This document shows, in pieces, positions 1 through 1,250 of a stretch of DNA of 1,250 bases. The translations under genes were made by a program, and so were the position numbers. Origin of the DNA: Escherichia coli (GTDB lineage: Bacteria; Pseudomonadota; Gammaproteobacteria; Enterobacterales; Enterobacteriaceae); assembly GCF_003334785.1 (NCBI RefSeq), contig NZ_QOWV01000064.1. One strand, 5' to 3'. Each line of letters opens with the position of its first letter. Position 1 is the first letter of the stretch. The notes under the pieces are model-generated. The model searched no databases, was not told the DNA's origin, and was given only the letters and a program-made list of their open reading frames with translations.

Positions 1-503
1 CTGATTCGCTTCAGGGCTTCTTCTGCCGTCGCACTTTTGCTGCTGATGTATACATCGTGGATTTTTCGCCGGGCATGAGCCCAGCACGCAACTTCTGTCA
101 GCGCACTACCTTCACGTTCTGCACTGAACAGCCTGTCATAACCTGTGAACGCATCCGCCTGCAGGATACCCCGGAAGGGGCGGAGGTGTTGCTCCGGGTG
201 TTTCCCCTGCCGGTTCGATGAGTACGCGAACCAGACCGCCGGAGGAGATGACGAACCCGCATTGCGATCATCCCGGACATACGTCCAGATGCGCCCTGTT
301 TTCGTCTTTTTCAGGCCCGGTGCCAGTACCTTTACCGGTGTGTCGTCAGTGTGAAGCTTGCGGGTATTCATCACATAACGGTACAGGGCATCATTCAGCG
401 GCGTCATTAACTGGCAGCACGCGTCAACCCAGTTGGAGAGTAATGCACGGCTCAGTTCGACACCCTGTCGGGCAAAGATTTCACTCTGACGATACAGTGG
501 CAG
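1..503 (-). other. N-terminal part of the TnpC DDE catalytic domain (truncated by window edge)
   Basis: LPLYRQ (aa 216-221, plus 486..503), LHTDDTPV (D268/D269 at plus 342..347) and CWAHARRK (aa 355-362, plus 63..86) motifs. Catalytic-residue assignment is inferred from family knowledge, not verified by alignment. Confidence 0.55.
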
Positions 504-1148
504 GTGTTCGCAGTATTTTCCCGTTAACACGCGGGCAAGTAATCCGGGGCCCGCGATACCACGCTCTATCGGGCGGGACGGCGCCGGTGCTTCAACGATG
601 CAGTCACATTTTGTACAGGCTTTTTTTACCCGTTCTGTGCGGATCACTTTCAGGGCGCTGCTCACCAGTTCCAGTTGTTCTGCGCTGACTTCCCCCAGAT
701 AATCCAGCTCACCGCCACACTCCGGGCAACAGCTTTCTTCAGGCTCCAGGCGGTATATTTCACGGGGGAGATGTGCCGGTAACGGACGACGATGGCGCGA
801 CTGTCGCAACTGGCGGGGAACCAGCGGGTCATCCTCACGCCCACTGTAACGATCGCTTTCCTGCTCGCGTTGTTTCAGCAGGGCTTCAGCCTGTTCAACC
901 TCACGACGCAGTTTTTCAGAACGGGTTCCGAACAGCATCCGGCGCAGTTTTTCTATCTGAGCCCGCAGATGCTCTATTTCTCGCTCATCTTCTTCGATCT
1001 TTTCTTCGGCACGTGCCAGTGCAGAGCGCAGGAAGGCCTCCGTCTCTTCAACCAGACTCAGTTGCTGGTCTTTCTGACGGAGGGCTTCAGCCTGCTCAGA
1101 GAGCAGCCTTTCCAGCTCAGCGATGCGAATGAGGTATTTCTGACTCAT
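1..1148 (-). CDS. tnpC: IS66-family transposase TnpC (Orf3), N-terminal 382 codons; 3' end lies beyond the window start
   Basis: Manual minus-strand translation from ATG (plus 1146..1148) to position 3 gives 382 codons with no stop: MSQKYLIRIAELERLLSEQAEALRQKDQQLSLVEETEAFLRSALARAEEKIEEDEREIEHLRAQIEKLRRMLFGTRSEKLRREVEQAEALLKQREQESDRYSGRE...CCPECGGELDYLGEV...ACTKCDCIV...CEHLPLYRQSEIFARQGVELSRALLSNWVDACCQLMTPLNDALYRYVMNTRKLHTDDTPVKVLAPGLKKTKTGRIWTYVRDDR...ACWAHARRKIHDVYISSKSATAEEALKRI. The leucine-zipper-like N-terminus, Cys-rich zinc-finger, and the LPLYRQ and CWAHARR motifs are the signature of IS66-family TnpC (Pfam LZ_Tnp_IS66 / zf-IS66 / DDE_Tnp_IS66 architecture, recalled not searched). 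Absent from the supplied ORF track, presumably because it has no stop inside the window. Confidence 0.9.
   Translation of the reverse strand, partial: MSQKYLIRIAELERLLSEQAEALRQKDQQLSLVEETEAFLRSALARAEEKIEEDEREIEHLRAQIEKLRRMLFGTRSEKLRREVEQAEALLKQREQESDRYSGREDDPLVPRQLRQSRHRRPLPAHLPREIYRLEPEESCCPECGGELDYLGEVSAEQLELVSSALKVIRTERVKKACTKCDCIVEAPAPSRPIERGIAGPGLLARVLTGKYCEHLPLYRQSEIFARQGVELSRALLSNWVDACCQLMTPLNDALYRYVMNTRKLHTDDTPVKVLAPGLKKTKTGRIWTYVRDDRNAGSSSPPAVWFAYSSNRQGKHPEQHLRPFRGILQADAFTGYDRLFSAEREGSALTEVACWAHARRKIHDVYISSKSATAEEALKRI
600..731 (-). other. TnpC zinc-finger-like Cys cluster (C140/C141-P-E-C144 ... C178-T-K-C181-D-C183)
   Basis: Two CxxC pairs about 34 residues apart (CCPEC at plus 717..731; CTKCDC at plus 600..617), the arrangement expected for the IS66 transposase zinc-finger (zf-IS66). 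Read directly from the translation. Confidence 0.65.
621..627 (-). repeat. A7 homopolymer tract on the tnpC coding strand (T7 on plus strand), phased as A_AAA_AAA
   Basis: Plus 621..627 is ttttttt; the coding strand reads CGG GTA AAA AAA GCC (R-V-K-K-A, aa 173-177). Confidence 0.9.
864..1136 (-). other. TnpC N-terminal charged coiled-coil / leucine-zipper-like region (approx. aa 5-95)
   Basis: Translation is dominated by E/R/K/Q/A/L with leucines and isoleucines at heptad-like spacing (IRIAELERLLSEQAEALRQKDQQLSLVEETEAFLRSALARAEEKIEEDEREIEHLRAQIEKLRRMLF...LRREVEQAEALLKQREQE). Matches the leucine-zipper region described for IS66 transposases. Boundaries are approximate. Confidence 0.6.
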
Positions 1149-1178
1149 GGCCGTTTTTATAATGCGGTCAGGAGTTTT
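1149..1178 (-). promoter_or_regulatory. tnpB-tnpC intergenic spacer / tnpC translation-initiation region
   Basis: The 30 nt between the tnpB TAA and the tnpC ATG read on the minus strand AAAACTCCTGACCGCATTATAAAAACGGCC. No canonical AGGAGG-like Shine-Dalgarno lies 5-10 nt before the ATG. A/T-rich. Confidence 0.4.
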
Positions 1179-1250
1179 TTACAACATTGTCAGTGCGTTA
1201 AGGCGGGATGTTTTTGGCTGACGCCAGTCCAGCTTATCGAGGAGCATTGC
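1179..1250 (-). CDS. tnpB: IS66-family Orf2 (TnpB) C-terminal fragment, 23 codons plus TAA stop; 5' end lies beyond the window end. Unrelated to IS200/IS605 TnpB
   Basis: Minus-strand frame entering from position 1250 translates AMLLDKLDWRQPKTSRLNALTML followed by TAA (plus 1179..1181). The LLDKLDWR...LTML ending matches my recollection of enterobacterial IS66 Orf2 C-termini. Its position immediately 5' of tnpC on the same strand fits the canonical tnpA-tnpB-tnpC order. Confidence 0.8.
   Translation of the reverse strand, partial: AMLLDKLDWRQPKTSRLNALTML

Larger units (their letters stand above)
1..1250 (-). mobile_element. Internal segment of an IS66-family insertion sequence (tnpB 3' end + tnpC 5' three-quarters); both IS termini are outside the window
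   Basis: Co-linear IS66 Orf2 C-terminus and IS66 TnpC on one strand with a short spacer. No terminal inverted repeats or target-site duplications are visible, so element boundaries cannot be set from this window. Confidence 0.85.

Noticed and set aside
98-280. Minus-strand ORF of 60 aa from the six-frame track
   Set aside because: Same strand as tnpC but in a different frame and wholly embedded in it. Arg-rich translation typical of an off-frame read.
145-354. Plus-strand ORF of 69 aa from the six-frame track
   Set aside because: Short, antisense to the tnpC DDE-domain region, and overlaps the 218..688 ORF in another frame. No independent support.
218-688. Plus-strand ORF of 156 aa from the six-frame track
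   Set aside because: It lies wholly antisense to the conserved tnpC reading frame. Its translation is low-complexity (Pro/Arg/Ser/Gly/His-rich) with no recognisable domain, as expected for a chance open frame opposite GC-rich coding sequence.
662-844. Minus-strand ORF of 60 aa from the six-frame track
   Set aside because: Out of frame and embedded in tnpC, with no conserved motifs. The in-frame tnpC translation over the same bases carries the zinc-finger motif and is clearly the real frame.
773-1132. Plus-strand ORF of 119 aa from the six-frame track
   Set aside because: Antisense to the tnpC leucine-zipper region. Ala/Pro/Arg/Gly-rich low-complexity translation with no plausible ribosome-binding context. 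Mirror-strand artefact.
1140-1180. Possible rho-independent terminator on the plus strand (CTGAC...GTCAG followed by a T6 run at 1175..1180)
   Set aside because: The stem is only 5 bp, with a 22-nt loop and a 3-nt gap before the T-run, so it is not a credible intrinsic terminator. The T-runs are better explained as A/T-rich spacer between tnpB and tnpC.
1-1250. Searched for CRISPR repeats, tRNA/rRNA-like structure, IS terminal inverted repeats, and toxin-antitoxin or defence-type gene pairs
   Set aside because: None seen. The window is essentially fully accounted for by one long transposase frame plus the preceding tnpB tail; there is no non-coding space apart from the 30-nt spacer and no periodic repeat array.

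Overview
The whole window lies inside an IS66-family insertion sequence, read on the minus strand. It holds the last 23 codons and stop of the IS66 Orf2 (tnpB) gene (1179..1250), a 30-nt spacer, and the first 382 codons of the IS66 transposase gene tnpC (1..1148), which runs off the window start without a stop. The supplied ORF track omits this frame, apparently because it has no in-window stop; the five ORFs it does list are antisense or out-of-frame and look spurious. TnpC shows the expected architecture: a charged heptad-leucine N-terminus, a CxxC...CxxCxC zinc-finger and the start of the DDE domain (LPLYRQ, LHTDDTPV, CWAHARRK motifs). I see no RNA genes, CRISPR repeats, IS terminal inverted repeats or cargo genes, and no evidence of a novel system. 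The findings are small sequence-level oddities inside the IS: an in-frame A7 slippery tract, an in-frame tnpB/tnpC junction with no clear Shine-Dalgarno, an antisense TATAAT hexamer and an in-frame 14-bp direct repeat. Family assignment rests on motif recognition from memory, not on a database search.
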